Notes under the pieces: model-generated
Database searches by the model: none
What the model was told of the DNA's origin: nothing
The model's input: the letters and a program-made list of their open reading frames with translations, nothing else
Shown: one piece after another, positions 10,346 to 23,802 of the stretch
How the letters are laid out: each line of letters opens with the position of its first letter
How positions within the stretch are numbered: position 1 is the stretch's first letter
Assembly: GCF_032444005.1 (NCBI RefSeq)
Contig: NC_091290.1
Location: 133,114,001-133,178,000 of the forward strand
DNA length: 64,000 bases
Reading direction: 5' to 3'
DNA from: Ranitomeya imitator
Taxonomy: Eukaryota
Translations under genes and position numbers: made by a program

Positions 10346-13300
10346 TTAGACCCAGAAAGAAATTTCTCAACAAATAGGCTGTTCCCAGAGTGCTGTATCA
10401 AGGCACCTCAATGGTAAGTCTGTTGGAAGGAAACAATGTGGCAGAAAACGCTGTACAACGAGAAGAGGAGACCGGACCCTGAGGAAGATTGTGGAGAAGG
10501 ACCGATTCCAGACCTTGGGGAACCTGAGGAAGCAGTGGACTGAGTCTGGTGTGGAAACATTCAGAGCCACCGTGCACAGGCGTGTGCAGGAAATGGGCTA
10601 CAGGTGCCGCATTCCCCAGGTAAAGCCACTTTTGAACCATAAACAGCGGCAGAGGCGCCTGACCTGGGCTACAGAGAAGTAGCACTGGACTGTTGCTAAG
10701 TGGTCCCAAGTACTTTTTTCTGATGAAAGCAAATTTTGCATGTCATTCGGAAATCAAGGTGCCAGAGTCTGGAGGAAGACTGGGGAGAAGGAAATGCCAA
10801 AATGCCTGAAGTCCAGTGTCAAGTACCCACAGTCAGTGATGGTGTGGGGTGCCATGTCAGCTGCTGGTGTTGGTCCACTGTGTTTCATCAAGGGCAGGGT
10901 CAATGCAGCTAGCTATCAGGAGATTTTGGAGCACTTCATGCTTCCATCGGCTGAAATGCTTTATGGAGATGAAGATTTCATTTTTCAGCACGACCTGGCA
11001 CCTGCTCACAGTGCCAAAACCACTGGTAAATGGTTTACTGACCATGGTATTACTGTGCTCAATTGGCCTGCCAACTCTCCTGACCTGAACCCCATAGAGA
11101 ATCTGTGGGATATTGTGAAGAGAAAGTTGAGAGACGCAAGACCCAACACTCTGGATGAGCTTAAGGCCGCTATTGAAGCATCCTGGGCCTCCATAACATC
11201 TCAGCAGTGTCACAGGCTGATTGCCTCCATGCCACGCCGCATTGAAGCAGTCATTTCTGCCAAAGGATTCCCGACCAAGTATTGAGTGCATAACTGAACA
11301 TTATTATTTGTTGGTTTTTTTGTTTGTTATTAAAAAACACTTTTATTTGATTGGATGGGTGAAATATGCTAATTTATTGAGACAGGTTTTTTGGGTTATC
11401 AGGAGTTGTATGCCAAAATCATCAGTATTAAAACAATAAAAGACCTGACAAATTTCAGTTGGTGGATAATGAATCTATAATATATGAAAGTTTAATTGTA
11501 ATCATTACATTATGGTAAATAATGAAATTTAACACTATATGCTAATTTTTTGAGAAGGACCTGTATATGGAATTGTTAAAAAATATACATGTAATTGTCG
11601 ACTATTCATCAGAGCATGTGGATTAAAAGTTGGAAAATGTGTTAACTGCGACATATATATCCCTAATACCTCTCCCACCAGGGCCCCACCAGGGGTCTTA
11701 CAGACTCCCACTTATCCAATCTGACCAATTACACAGGAACATTAGTTCATTACTTGGCAGATTCGACATTACTTATGTTTGCAAGTGATTTGTCTTATGT
11801 GGAAAGGAAAATGTGATCTCAGACACTGGGGAATGACTCTGCCCAGATGTGGGATGGCGTTAGTGATGGTGCAGCTGGTACACAGCAGGATTATTATCCA
11901 GTGTAAAATCCGGAAAGTGACACTTATACATACAGACTGTCCGAATATACGTATTCTCCCATCAAACATGAGCCAAGTCGCTGTCACAAACACCAAATTG
12001 ATCTACACCCGGCCCCTACTGTTCTCACAGTGGTCTGCAACCTGTCACTCTCCAAAACCACAACTCCTAGTGTCCTGACTGGCAGCATCCTGATGTGGGG
12101 CGCTCAAGCCTCCTGTCACTTTGGGAGCATGGCAATAACTCCTGGAGACTTCACTTTAAAATCACGCTTGCTGATGAAGTCTCTGACAGAGGCGTCGTGC
12201 ACAAGTGGGTCAGTGGCATGCCCCGAGTGCACTTCCATGCTAATTTCCATGTGGCACCAAATGTCTAGCTTCTATTGTTGTACCAGGACCTACTGTATGC
12301 AACCCTTCAATTCATTTCAGGACGGGCTATATTGGCATTATAATATAAACCAGTATAACACTCACCGTAACAAATCCTGAACTTGCAGCACAGAGTATCC
12401 TCAATCTTGTTTACCTCCAACCATCCTGGATCCTATGAGACATTCGCAGATTTAGGAAAATGGCCCTCTGTTCCGGAAGGTCAGGGTCATGTCCTGGTTT
12501 CCACTGTATCAGCATTCTCAGGATGCCGTTAGCTCTCTGCTACACAATCTAGCCCGTGTGTGTCCCCTGCCGTATCTAGGATCCATTCTGGGTTTCTATA
12601 GCGAGAGCCCTCCAACAATAATATCATGGGCAACAGTGACTTACATGGTGAATGGTTGTACAGGTTCGTTCCCATTGAAAAAGAGACATAAGTCCACAGT
12701 CACCTCCGTTTATGTCAAGTTACTACAAATCCTGCTTCAAAGATCAGTCGGCAATAACCTACATCTCCAGTAATGTAATTTAATCCAGATTTCCGAAAAT
12801 TGTGAATGATAAAATCTCTTTTATTATGCCAGGGTGCACAAGGAGCTCCGCTGATATCGTCAATGAAACTTGTCCTCGGATGTATATAAAAGGAATTTGC
12901 CACCGTAATGTAGTGACGCAGATACTTTCCAGTGATCTGTCATGGAAACTGATGGGTCACTTGACGATGGTGGCACCTAGCATAATTGCACTTTGTTGGT
13001 TGAAGAACTCATGGAGAGGTGGGTGCACAAGAGCAGTTATCTTAGGCAACAAATTTTGTGGGCGCTATTGCCGTCCCAACCGCCAAATGAGTCACCGCAC
13101 TGAGCGTTATTGAACACTAATAAATTTTACACTTTTACATACCGGTACTTTTTTCTAACCCCAATTTGGACTAGTGTTAGGGCTAGGACTGGCATTAGAA
13201 CTAAGGTTAGGGTAATACAATTTTACATACCTGTCCCAGATCCGTGCCTTGCTGCCCTTTCCCCGATCCGCTGAACTCTTCTGTACTCCACATCGGGCTT

Positions 13301-13439
13301 TGTAGATGGCCCGGCGTGATCTCATATGAGCATCAGCCCAGGTCTATATAAGGCTCATCGAGACTCACCCTTGTGTGTTGGTATTGCATTAAGACTTCTG
13401 TGTTGCTGGACTTTGGCTTTCTACTCAGCTTCTCTTGCA

Positions 13440-13770
13440 CGCCTCCACCTGCCTGCAATTTCCTGCATATAGCCTGCCTGCGGTTTCCTGACATTCTCCG
13501 CCTGCCTGCAGTTTTATGCAATCCACCTTCCTGCCTGTAGTTTCCTGACATCCTACACCTGCCTGTGGCTTCCGGATGTCCTCCACCTGTCTGCAGTTTT
13601 CTGCACCCCACCTGCCTGCCTACGGTTTCCTGATGTCCTCCTACCTGCCTGTGATTTCCTGACATCCTCCTGCTTGCCTGCGGTTTCATGGTGTCCTCCT
13701 GCTTGCCTGCGGTTTCATGACATCCTCCTGCTTGCCTGTGGTTTCCTGGCGTCTTCCTGCCTGCCTTCTT
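13440..13770. repeat. Degenerate ~29-bp minisatellite (CCTGCTTGCCTGCGGTTTCMTGACATCCT)
   Basis: A period of 29 is seen at 13671, 13700 and 13729. Confidence 0.75.
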
Positions 13771-15539
13771 TTTTCTGACTTCCTCTCACCTGCCTGCTGT
13801 CTCGCTCCTATCTGCTGTGCTGACGTCCGTGGTCCGTTTACCCACCGAGACCTTGGGCTTGGAGGATCCACCTCACCAGGTGAGTATAACACATACAAAT
13901 GTAATAAAATATTTAAAGTTAATAAAAGATAAATCCTAACAATGTCTAACTTTTTATTTTTATAATTTTATGTCAGATTTCAGCAAAAAGCAGAAAATTA
14001 CTAGAGCGTCGAAGGGAAAACCATGATTACATCAGTATTTTCTTAAAATAAGGGGTTCAATGCTGGACTAGTGGAAGGGACTCAGGTTAGTCCTCGCCTA
14101 AGGAACAGCTAACCAATGCTACGCCATTGAGAGAAGTCACACATTTAACTATTTATTTATTTTTAACCGGTTAACGCCTTTAATTATTGGCAAATGACAA
14201 ATCAATTCGTAAATTAAATTAATAGTAAAGCAAAATAATTAGCTGAGCAGAAATAAAATGTTAACGTTTGCTATATCTTTCCATAGACTCTTGGTGGTGC
14301 TGTAGACTTTGGCTGAACGTTTGCCAGTCTGAGAAATCATACGCAGTTTACTTTTTCCACATTGTAGTACAAAATTTACTCTCTGGTTGCAGTAAATACT
14401 TTAAACAGAGAGGCGAGATATTGGAAAATTAAAGTACATTAGTGAGTGCAATTAAAGGGAAAGTATCAGCATTTTGGACAATTTATGGGTAACATATATC
14501 GTAGAGAAAAATATACATGTGTGTGGAGAAGGTTTCAGAATAACTTTTACTGGTAAGTTATATACCTGCTCCCTTACTTTGATGCAGGCTCGCAATCTGA
14601 GCCTGCATATTTCCCAGCAGATGATGGCTGAATTATTCAGCCATCATGTCTCTTTAACAGCCGCTGGTGGAGCTGTCCACAGTTTTTAATCTGTTAAATG
14701 CCACTGTCAATCCCTGATAGCGGCATTTAACATGCGTGATCACTGGACGCCATTGGGGGTTTGCTGTAGACCCTTGTGCCTGTCATTACAACACACCTGT
14801 GAAAGCCAGCGTTTAGCTGCCATTCATAGGAGAACGGCGCCAGCACGGGAGGTGAGTATAGGCTTTATTATTTTATGGGGGCCAAGAGTGGGCTACGAAA
14901 AGAAGTTAACCAAGTAATGGAAAACTTCTTTAATGGTCTCCCATAAATGTACAGAATATGTTGCTCTGCTCCTTGTAAGTTAGAAATATTAGACATTTTG
15001 TGCTGCTGGACAAACCATTTCATGTCTTGTGCTTTTAGCCACTTAGTGTTGGATGGCAAGAAAGTGGAAAAGAAAGAAACTTTTAAAAATCATTGATAAT
15101 ATTAATAAATCTTGATGTAAAACTGTAACTGCAGGAATGGTGATTATTAACCGAGACAGACGCTGAGGAGAAAATAACACGTACAAAGGAATCTGTCAGC
15201 AAGTGAAGGAGCGCTCAAATATTACAAGAGAGGAACTAATACTTGAGTCTTTAATTCATCCTCTTTTGTCAAAGGTAATATAATTCTGCCTATGTCGGAG
15301 AAAGCTAAGTGACAACCAAACTGTCTGACTTGACTGCTCCGAGAAAGAATCCGGTAACTTTCCCAAGATCCTGAATGGATACCCGAAGACAAAAAAAACA
15401 CATCAATGCAAGTTTTCAAATAGTATAAGCCAATAGTAAAAAGTTGGGGAGGGGGGTTATAAAGGATAAAAGAAAAAAAGAGCAACCGGCTCACTTGTCC
15501 AGGTGCAAGACAAAATACTCCATTAATAGCAACAGTCCA

Positions 15540-16830
15540 AAGAATAGCCGGCATTCACATCTTCTTAAAAGAATTGCTTTCTTGATCCAGTAGTATAAAA
15601 AGCATAAAAAATGTGTAATGAGGTGGTGGAACCACCGTGTCGTAATCTGAGGAGAGCTTGGAGGGGCACGAGTAGGCGAACACTAGACTTTTTGCTAGAG
15701 CCCCTGATGGTGCGGTTAGACTTGGCTCCCGATGAACACCAGGTGCTACTCCAGGACAATCCTTGGATGCACGGCAGCTGACCCCACAGGGCAGGTAGAT
15801 GGAACGGCCAAGAATAGATGGACTTGACAATAACAGGCAGACACAACATGAGGGAGACACGGCAGGTGTAGACTGGTACGGCAGCTTCAGGTAGGTACGG
15901 CTGGTATGCAAACTGGCACAGCTGGTGCAAGCAAGTAAGGCTGGTATATAGACTGGAACAGTTGATATACAGACGGGCACGACAGGTGCAGGCAAGTTCG
16001 GATGGTATTCAGACTGGAATGGCTGCTGCAAGCAGGCTTGGCTGGAATATAGGGAAAAAAAGGCAAGAACGGGTAGACATGTAGAAGACATAAACTGACT
16101 GGCGGGTACTAGAGACCTGACAATTAGCAATGTGTTGGGAATAGACTAACCACGTTGCTCATGCACCTCCCATCAGGCGGAGGTGCCTTAAATAATTAGT
16201 GTTTCCCAGCCATTGGCTGGGGGCACTTTAGGACGATGCACACTGTCCTTTTAAGAGGGTAGGAGCGGTGCCTGGGGATCTGCGAGTCTTGCGCAGACCC
16301 TAGGTAGCAGCAGGAGAAGAAGGAGGGAGTGCAGGATGGGGGCCATTGGCAGTGAGTAAGTCGGCGTCCCTGCTGGGGGTGGGAGGAAGCATGCAGGGAC
16401 GCCGAGGCTACAAAATGGTTGAACACAACGGCACAAAAATTAAAAAGGCAGAAATTAAATATATGCTGAGCTCCCAGGCAACATGTTTCAGACCTGCATG
16501 GTCCTTTGTCAAGCCAAAGCCTGAACAATTTTAGCATTTTCCTGCTGAAAAGGGTCTCTACCTTTAGGGAATATCGCTGCCATGAAAGGTAGTACCTGCC
16601 CCTTGTATTCTGACACATTTCTATCATAGCCAGCATTACATTTTCAAGCTTCTTGCTCTACAGCAGCTTGACAAGCAGCAAAAAGAGATTCTTTGTTAAA
16701 ATATAACTTTTATTTAATATATTAAAAAGTGGGATATTCCCAATGTGGCGCAATGTGTCCCTCCAAGAGGGGCTCCCTAGACTCTCATTGTCCTGTTTAT
16801 CCAGATGAAGGGACCTAACCAGACGTTCAG
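15540..16830 (-). mobile_element. Penelope-like element terminal-repeat remnants, split by the solo LTR
   Basis: The minus strand reads CTTGACAAAGGACC-ATGCA-GGTCTGAAACATGTTG at ~16476-16513, and ...GAATGCCGG lies near 15550. This resembles PLE pseudo-LTR tails, recognised from memory. Confidence 0.45.
15614..16412. mobile_element. Solo LTR
   Basis: TG...CA termini (TGTAATG...GGCTACA) with a 5-bp TSD AAATG on both sides. Confidence 0.75.
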
Positions 16831-16838
16831 CATGTATA

Positions 16839-19800
16839 TCAGAAGCTGGTACAAGTCCTCTCCTTAGGATCAAAACTCCACCAATGAACCAAATACTGCA
16901 AAGAATGGCGAATGAAATGAGAATCGATAAATTTGGATACCTGAAACTCTAATGACCTATCTACTAGGACTGGAAGCGGTGGTGAGGGAAGAGAGGTTTC
17001 AGAAGCCTCATATTTCTTTAAAAGAGACCTATGAAAAACGTTATGGAATTTGAATGATGCAGGTAATGCCAGCCGGAGAGCAACAGGATTAATGACCGCT
17101 GTAATCTTATATGGACCAATAAACCAAGGTCTTAACTTCAATGAAGGTACTTTAAGCTTAATCTTCTTGGTAGACAGCCATACCAAATCACCCACATACA
17201 GGTCCGGACCCGGCACACGTTTACAATCAGCCGAACGTTAATATTTTGAACTCACGTCATGCAAATGTCGCCAAATGCATTCCCCTGTAGACGATAATAA
17301 AGAAACAAACTGATCCTTCCCAGGTACACCTGATGAATTCCCTTCCTGCAACGTACAGAACTGAGGATGCCAACCATGGACACTGAAAAACTGTGATACC
17401 CCAGTAGATTTATGACTGATTATTAATGGCAAATTCAGCAAGAAAATGAAGAGGATCACTCTTCCTGATCTTCAGATTCAAAACAATGTAAATACTGCTC
17501 CAGATTCTGGTTTATACGTTCCGTTTACCCATTAGAGAGAAGGTGAAAAGCCCATGAATGGGATAGTTTAATCGTAACCGAGAACAAAAGGCTCTCCATA
17601 ATTTAGCAATAAACACAATATTAGCAAGAACATTGTGGAGTTTAATAATCTCCTGGACAACCACCTGAGCCAAAGTCTTGGCATTTGGTAAGGACAGAAA
17701 GCGATAAAATGTTTTATTTTGGAAAACCTATCAACGTTCACCAAAATTATCATCCTACCAGCAGAAGAAGGCAAATCAGTTATAAAATCCACAGAGATGT
17801 CTTTCCATGGTTCAGTGGGAATACTCAAAAGTTGCAAACACCCTGAAGAATGAGAATGCAATGCCTTAGAACACACACAGGTGGCACAGGCGGAAACATA
17901 GGCTAGATAAAACAAAGTCCAGCTCACCATGATCGGCATCCTTAGGAAAAAGATGAGGAATCATGATATCATGATTAAGGGTGCTTGTTCACCAGAAACG
18001 CGTTGATATCGCTTTTTATTTCTTGTTGCTGCTGATGTTTTATCCTCCACTGAACATGATTTGAAGTGAATAAAGAAAGTTTTTTTTCACTACCTCGTTG
18101 AGCTGGATTCCTCATCTTTTTCTCGGAAACATAGGCTACCTGTCAATACTGTAGATACTGTAGCAGCATTTCCCAGGAAATGGTCTCCTTGCCTGTCCCT
18201 CAAGCTGGGAGGACCCTAGGCTATCCCTGTTCCCCAGATTACCCCAGATGGTGGAGATACCGGGGTCTTGTACCTTGCTATGCTCCTGTATGGACACCCA
18301 TCTGTTTCCTCCCCCATCAAAGGGAGGAATAGGACAGACGTGTATAGGATAACACAAACCTGACAGACATGGGAAACAGACAGGGATAAAGTAAAACTAC
18401 AATCTTAAAAATACACTCAGAAAACAACCAAGTGGAAATCAAGGGAACAGTAGGAAGGACAAACCAAATGGGAAGTGGATTAGGATACACACACAGTGCC
18501 AAATCCGCACAGATATCTCCTAAAAACTACACCAACCATCACTAATTCAGACTACTCCTTCAATACTAAACAAAGAAGGTGTAAACTACCACCAGGAACT
18601 CCCTAGTGCAAGTGGTGAACAATTATACTAGAGAGGAATGGCCGACACAGAACAGCTGAGACAATTCAGGACAGAGAGCTCCAGGAGACACTCAGAACTG
18701 ATTTACCCTTGTAATAACAGAGCAAGGAAAACCTGCACTGCTAAAAGGAAGTGAAGAAGATCTAAAAACTGCAGGGGTTTGTGTAACCAGACGATGCGAT
18801 CTTCTGGTCCCTCTCTGTCGTGGTATCCCCATGACACTACGCCATGCCCCCCGAATTTAAGTCACCAAAAGAGTCATAATATGATATCAGGCATTCCTTT
18901 AACCTCAGGATGAACAGCGAGTACCGAATCATGATGTTCCTCCAAGACCTTAAGGTGAAGATTCTGAGGAACAAATGGTTTGTCCCTCAAAAACCCAGCT
19001 GATGCACTATATTGAGTGGGATCCATCCGAAAACCTGCAGCAGAAATTATAACCCAAAAAAGTAAGTTCTGGTATGGTGAATACACGCTTCTCGAGTTTA
19101 GCATACAATCTATTCTCTCTGAAAAAACGTACTACCTGCCTGCCGTGTTCCATATGAGATTCGTAATCCTGTGACTATACAAGAATGTCATCAAGGTAAC
19201 AAACCTCCCTAAAAGATGAGAAAAACATCATTAACAAAATGTTGGAATACTGCAGGTGTGTTTGTAAGGTCAAAAGGAATCACAAGGTTTCAAAGTGCTC
19301 CTCCGGGTGTTTTGAAGGCCGGTCTCCACTCATCCCCCTTATTGACTCTGATCAGATTAGAGGCCCCATTAAAGTCAAGTTTAGAGAACTATTTGGCAGT
19401 GGCAATCTGATCAAAGAGGTCAGGAATGAGTGGAAAAGGATACCGTTCCCAGACCGTTATTTGATTGAGCTCCTGGAACTCCAGGCATGGCTGTAACCCA
19501 CCATCCTTCCTTTTGGCAAAAAAAGAAGCCCCCAGTGACACCCAGCATCCTTTCTCCGAGAATACATCACAAAAATCAGAGAGAGGACCAGAAGGCTTGT
19601 GGTAAATGAAAAAAAATACAGGTTCCTAAACAGTGGTCCTTACAATACAAGCTCTATTTGGTTATCTCCTAAATTTGCTAATCTACTCTGAGATTATGTA
19701 GGGTAAACCAAGAAAACCTCAGCACTACTTGTGCAGGAATACCACTGAGAACAAAACATGATAACCTCTCCGAATGAAGTACCCCTATATGGAGTTCCAG

Positions 19801-20120
19801 CCCCTGTACCCTCTCAGAAAAGCCCCCTGAGTCAGAGGTGACAAATCAATAGCAAATATCTGAACTGGATTTGATTTTTTTTTTTAAATCCAACCCTGAA
19901 GAGCGGGAGAACTGCTGAACCACTATCAAGAAATATGGAAATAGAAATCTCCTGGCCCCAATATTAACCATGGCAAGTATCAAACATTGAGCCACCATAG
20001 TGGAAGATATACGTAGAACAAGGTTGAGATCCCCCAAGCAACCTGGGTCTAGGAGTTCTCCGGCTGCTGTCTCTCTCTGGGCACCGAGGTACAAGTACTG
20101 ACAAAAAAACAACTCCACTC
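16839..20120 (-). mobile_element. Decayed Ty3/Gypsy chromovirus internal region (RT remnant, integrase, GPY/F, chromodomain)
   Basis: Fragments include LEEHHDSVLAVHP and YVSACATC (integrase HHCC), PWKDISVDFITDLP...VDRFSK, FIGPYKITAVINPVALRLALP...HNVFHRSLLK, and QYLVHW (chromodomain). Many stops and frameshifts. Confidence 0.85.
18141..18789. mobile_element. Probable solo LTR inserted in the Gypsy integrase
   Basis: It interrupts the HH-CC integrase sequence and has a TG start; no clean TSD was found. Confidence 0.45.
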
Positions 20121-21339
20121 ATGGTGGTTCACCCACGGAATGTGCCCCATAACTCAAGAGAGAAATAATGATTTCCACCCTCTTTTTCTCCTGTCCAGAG
20201 GAGAGGGGTCGTAAACGAAAACACAACTTGCATGTTTCTCTGAAATAATAAACCAACTGCGCTCCCCCGAAAATGTCTGTTTAAGAGGCAGCTTGGGTTC
20301 TAGAGCAGATTGATCCGGTGTATCGGACTGAGATCACTGCTGAATCGTCCTCTTTAATTCAGCCACCTGTAGAGACAAAGCCTGCATATGGCCCGCGAGA
20401 GCCGTAAACTGATCCATACTGAACTATAGGGAAAAGAAATGGCCAGCAATAATGTCATGGTGTAACTACGGGATAGCTATCGCTATAGCTGTCCCCAATA
20501 ATTAGTTTGGGATACCTGGACCACTTTCCTTACTATTGCTCCTAAGTAGCACTGGTCGGTGCAGTGTATTGGGGGAATATAAACAAGACAGGGCAAAACG
20601 GAAGCACCATCAAACAGCACTCTATCAGGGAAATACACAAAGCAATATAAAGTGTAAAGCCCAAGAAGCAACAAAGTAATATAAAGACAGCTAGGGAAAA
20701 AGGAAAGGATTATCCAAACACAAACTTTGGAAAGAAGCAATAATAACCAGGACGTGTCCACCTTTCCAGACCCAGAGAGAGAAACTATTACAGGAAACTA
20801 TTACTATTACTATTCTTGTACAGCAGAGCCAGCTTAAATTGAGCAAGAGCAGGCATGACCGATTCTGCTGCAGTATGTGACCAAAAGAAATCAACATCCT
20901 CAGCCCAGAAAAGATTTAACTCTTGATAACTCTTGCTAACCTGCATAGGAGCATCAGCTCTAAGAGTCTACGCCCGAGTCACCCTATGCTGATTATAACT
21001 ATCAATGGCGTTATAAGGAGGACCCTGACGCCGCCATGACAGTTGGTGATGTTTGAGAAAACCTCCTTGTGACAGTAGGATGTTGTAGATCCTCTAGCCC
21101 TTCAGGGATGACAGCAACACAGATCTTGGAGTAACCCTTATTCTCTCTGGTCTGCCCCATGCAGTGACTCCTGCCCTAACAAGGGCAATTCCCAAGTATA
21201 GTGCTAAACTTTGTATCCCCCCAAAAAAAGAAAATCCCTCCTGACGCATTTCTACCTCAATATCGGTTGTTTATTGCTGTAGCTCCTTAGATCGGATCTC
21301 CCTATCCTTTGCTCTCCACACACATCATATACCCTGGGA

Positions 21340-21700
21340 CACCCATGACGTTGTCTCACGGTCACCACTTTACCTTCCTTTGTCTACTTTTGGTAAGCAC
21401 TGACCACTAGATACCGAAAACACCCCACAAGATCTTCAGTTTTGGATTTGCTTTACCCAGCCATCTTGACGAAATCTTAATTTCACCCTACCCAAACAGC
21501 TTCAGTTTCACAAGATCTTCAGTTTTGGATTTGCTTTACCCAGCCATCTTGACGAAATCTTAATTTCACCCTACCCAAACATCTTCCGTTTCTTTCGCTT
21601 GCCCATTTGTCCTGCTCCAAGAACTGCCTGTTCACTTGCTGCCTCACATTTCCCACCCTTTGACTGCCGTCATTGAAACAAGTTAATCAATGCCATCCGC
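21340..21700 (-). mobile_element. Tc1-like 5' fragment with an 83-bp tandem duplication
   Basis: Minus-strand ATGGGCAAGCGAAAG near 21606; duplicated block at 21427 and 21510. Confidence 0.5.
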
Positions 21701-23004
21701 TCTACCTGTAGTTTTATTGTTATGGAGGGTCACTGTCTATTTAATAGCAGTTCCATGATTACGGCTGCTTTAGATATGACAAATGTTTGGCCAAGGTTAA
21801 TGAGTAAACACTTAAGCACTTTATTGTAAGTCCACGTGATGGTTCTATCATCGATGTTTTATTACTGTATCATTTATGAGACAAAGTGATAATTCTAATC
21901 TCAGTGGTATAGTCAACAAGATACAGAAGACAGTCATCTGTCAACAGAACACTCAAGAAGAATATGATTTCAAAGAGTTTCTCCATACAAAGGACCCATG
22001 GGTGGACACAGACAGAAGAAGGCCCCTATGCAAGAACAATATAGGTGCTGTTTGCAGTCCAATAGCGCCTCATAACACACAGTTCCATATGTTTTAGATA
22101 TGGTAGTTACCCCCTTACCTCCTGGGTGCACAGATTGTACCAGTGATACTTTTACCCCTGAAAGGGACATTAATGGTCCTCGAACCCTACTGACAGGTGC
22201 CAGGGTCAGCAAGCAATGTCTGATACTAATGCCTTTGTACTCCTTTGGTAAATCATCCTATCTATCCCATAGGCCTGGGTTTTGGAGAATTTGCCAGTCA
22301 CTGATTAGAGAACAAAGCTTTATTTAGCTGGACATAACAAGAAATTTTTTAGAATCTTCAAAACCAAGATTGTCCGAAAATAAGCACAAAAATTTGATTT
22401 AAATACTAGGTTATTTTCTGGAGACACATTGATTTTGACCCATTAATGACCAGATCGGACTAACAATCTAATTCTCCATTGCATATACACATTAGAGGCA
22501 CTTTTCTACAAGGCTAATAATCCTATCAGGAAGATGGCAGCTACTCAACAGTCAATTTCTAAGTAAGAGTTTTCTTTTTCTCGTAAAGTGATTCCTTGGA
22601 ATTTTCCAGAGACGATCTTGACTATGTCAAGTTATACTCATGAAAACATGAATTTCTTTTTTTGGTTCCAAGAGAAACATTGTGACACAGAGAAATTTCT
22701 GTGTATGTTCGGCGTGAGAACAATCGTCCATTTATGTCCTCACGTGAAGCCAAGTTCATTTAGACTTTGCGTGTAGTCTTCTTCTCAAGGCTTAGTTCAC
22801 ATGTGGCATTTTGTTGCAGAAATGTGTGCCCATATGCCATTTTTCCAAACATGGTTTGCACAAATCTACATGCTTGTAAATAAAACTACCCTGCTCAGAT
22901 GAACAGACCTGATATCCAAACTTCTGAATCAAAGTGAGTTCCCTTGAAATGATGGTTGTGGTAGGTGGGGGATGGACCCTTTAAATATAATGCAGGATAT
23001 TGTG

Positions 23005-23802
23005 TGTTATGGACCTGGTGGTTAAAGAGCACCCGAAATTACCTGATGGTTAAACCGATACAGGACAAGCTCTGGGAAGTGGGAACTCTGCTGACCGCAA
23101 TCCCTAATCCTATCACACAACTAGTAATAGCCGTGGAGCGTACCTGACATGGCCTAGACGCCTCGACACAGCCTAAGAACTAGCTAGCCCTAGAGATAGA
23201 AAATAAAGCCTACCTTGCCTCAGAGAAATTTCCCCAAAGGAAAAGGCAGCCCCCCACAAATATTAACTGTGAGTTAAGATGAAAGTCACAAACACAGAAA
23301 TGAAACAGGTTTTAGCAAAGGGAGGCCAAACTAACTAAACAGACAGAGGATAGGAAAGGTATCTTTGCGGTCAGCACAAAAAACTACAAAAGACCAGGCA
23401 GAGTGTGCAAAAAGACCCCCCCGCACCGACTCACGGTGCGGAGGTGCCACTCTGCATCCCAGAGCTTCCAGCTAGCAAAGCAAAATCATGAAAGCAAGCT
23501 GGACAAGAGAACAATGAACAGAAAATAACAATCGGGGACTTAGCTTCTTGCAGGAAGAGACAGGTCACCAGAAAGATCCAAGAGCGAACTGAACCAGTAC
23601 AGGAACATTGACAGCTGGGATGGAGTAACGATCTGAGTGGAGTTAAATAGAGAAGCCAGCCAAAGAATAACCTAGATCACCTGTGGAAGGAACCTCAGAA
23701 CCAGCAACTCCACTCACAGCCACCAGAGGGAGTCCATGGACAGAACTCGCCGAAGTACCATTCATGACCACAGGAGGGAGTTTGATAACAGAATTCACAA
23801 CA
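23005..23802 (+). mobile_element. Solo LTR (family A)
   Basis: TGTTATG...CACAACA with a 6-bp TSD ATTGTG on both sides. Confidence 0.85.

Larger units (their letters stand above)
9212..11285 (+). pseudogene. Tc1 transposase (pieces 9212-9219, 9562-9621, 10349-11285)
   Basis: Removing the two insertions restores MGKTSDLTDVKKAIIDTLKQEGKTQKEISQQIGCSQSAVSRHL...KGFPTKY* with a single internal stop. Confidence 0.9.
8883..11563 (+). mobile_element. Tc1 DNA transposon (IR/DR type, ~199-bp TIRs, DD34E transposase) interrupted by two MITEs
   Basis: TA|CAGGTCCTTCTCAAAAAATTAGCATAT...ATATGCTAATTTTTTGAGAAGGACCTG|TA. The AAATTAGCATAT repeat occurs at both ends of each TIR. The transposase runs 9212-11285 with motifs SDE, QHD-x34-E and one premature TAG at 10680-10682. 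Confidence 0.95.

Noticed and set aside
21427-21590. 83-bp direct tandem duplication
   Set aside because: It is a simple local duplication inside a dead Tc1 fragment with no functional sign.
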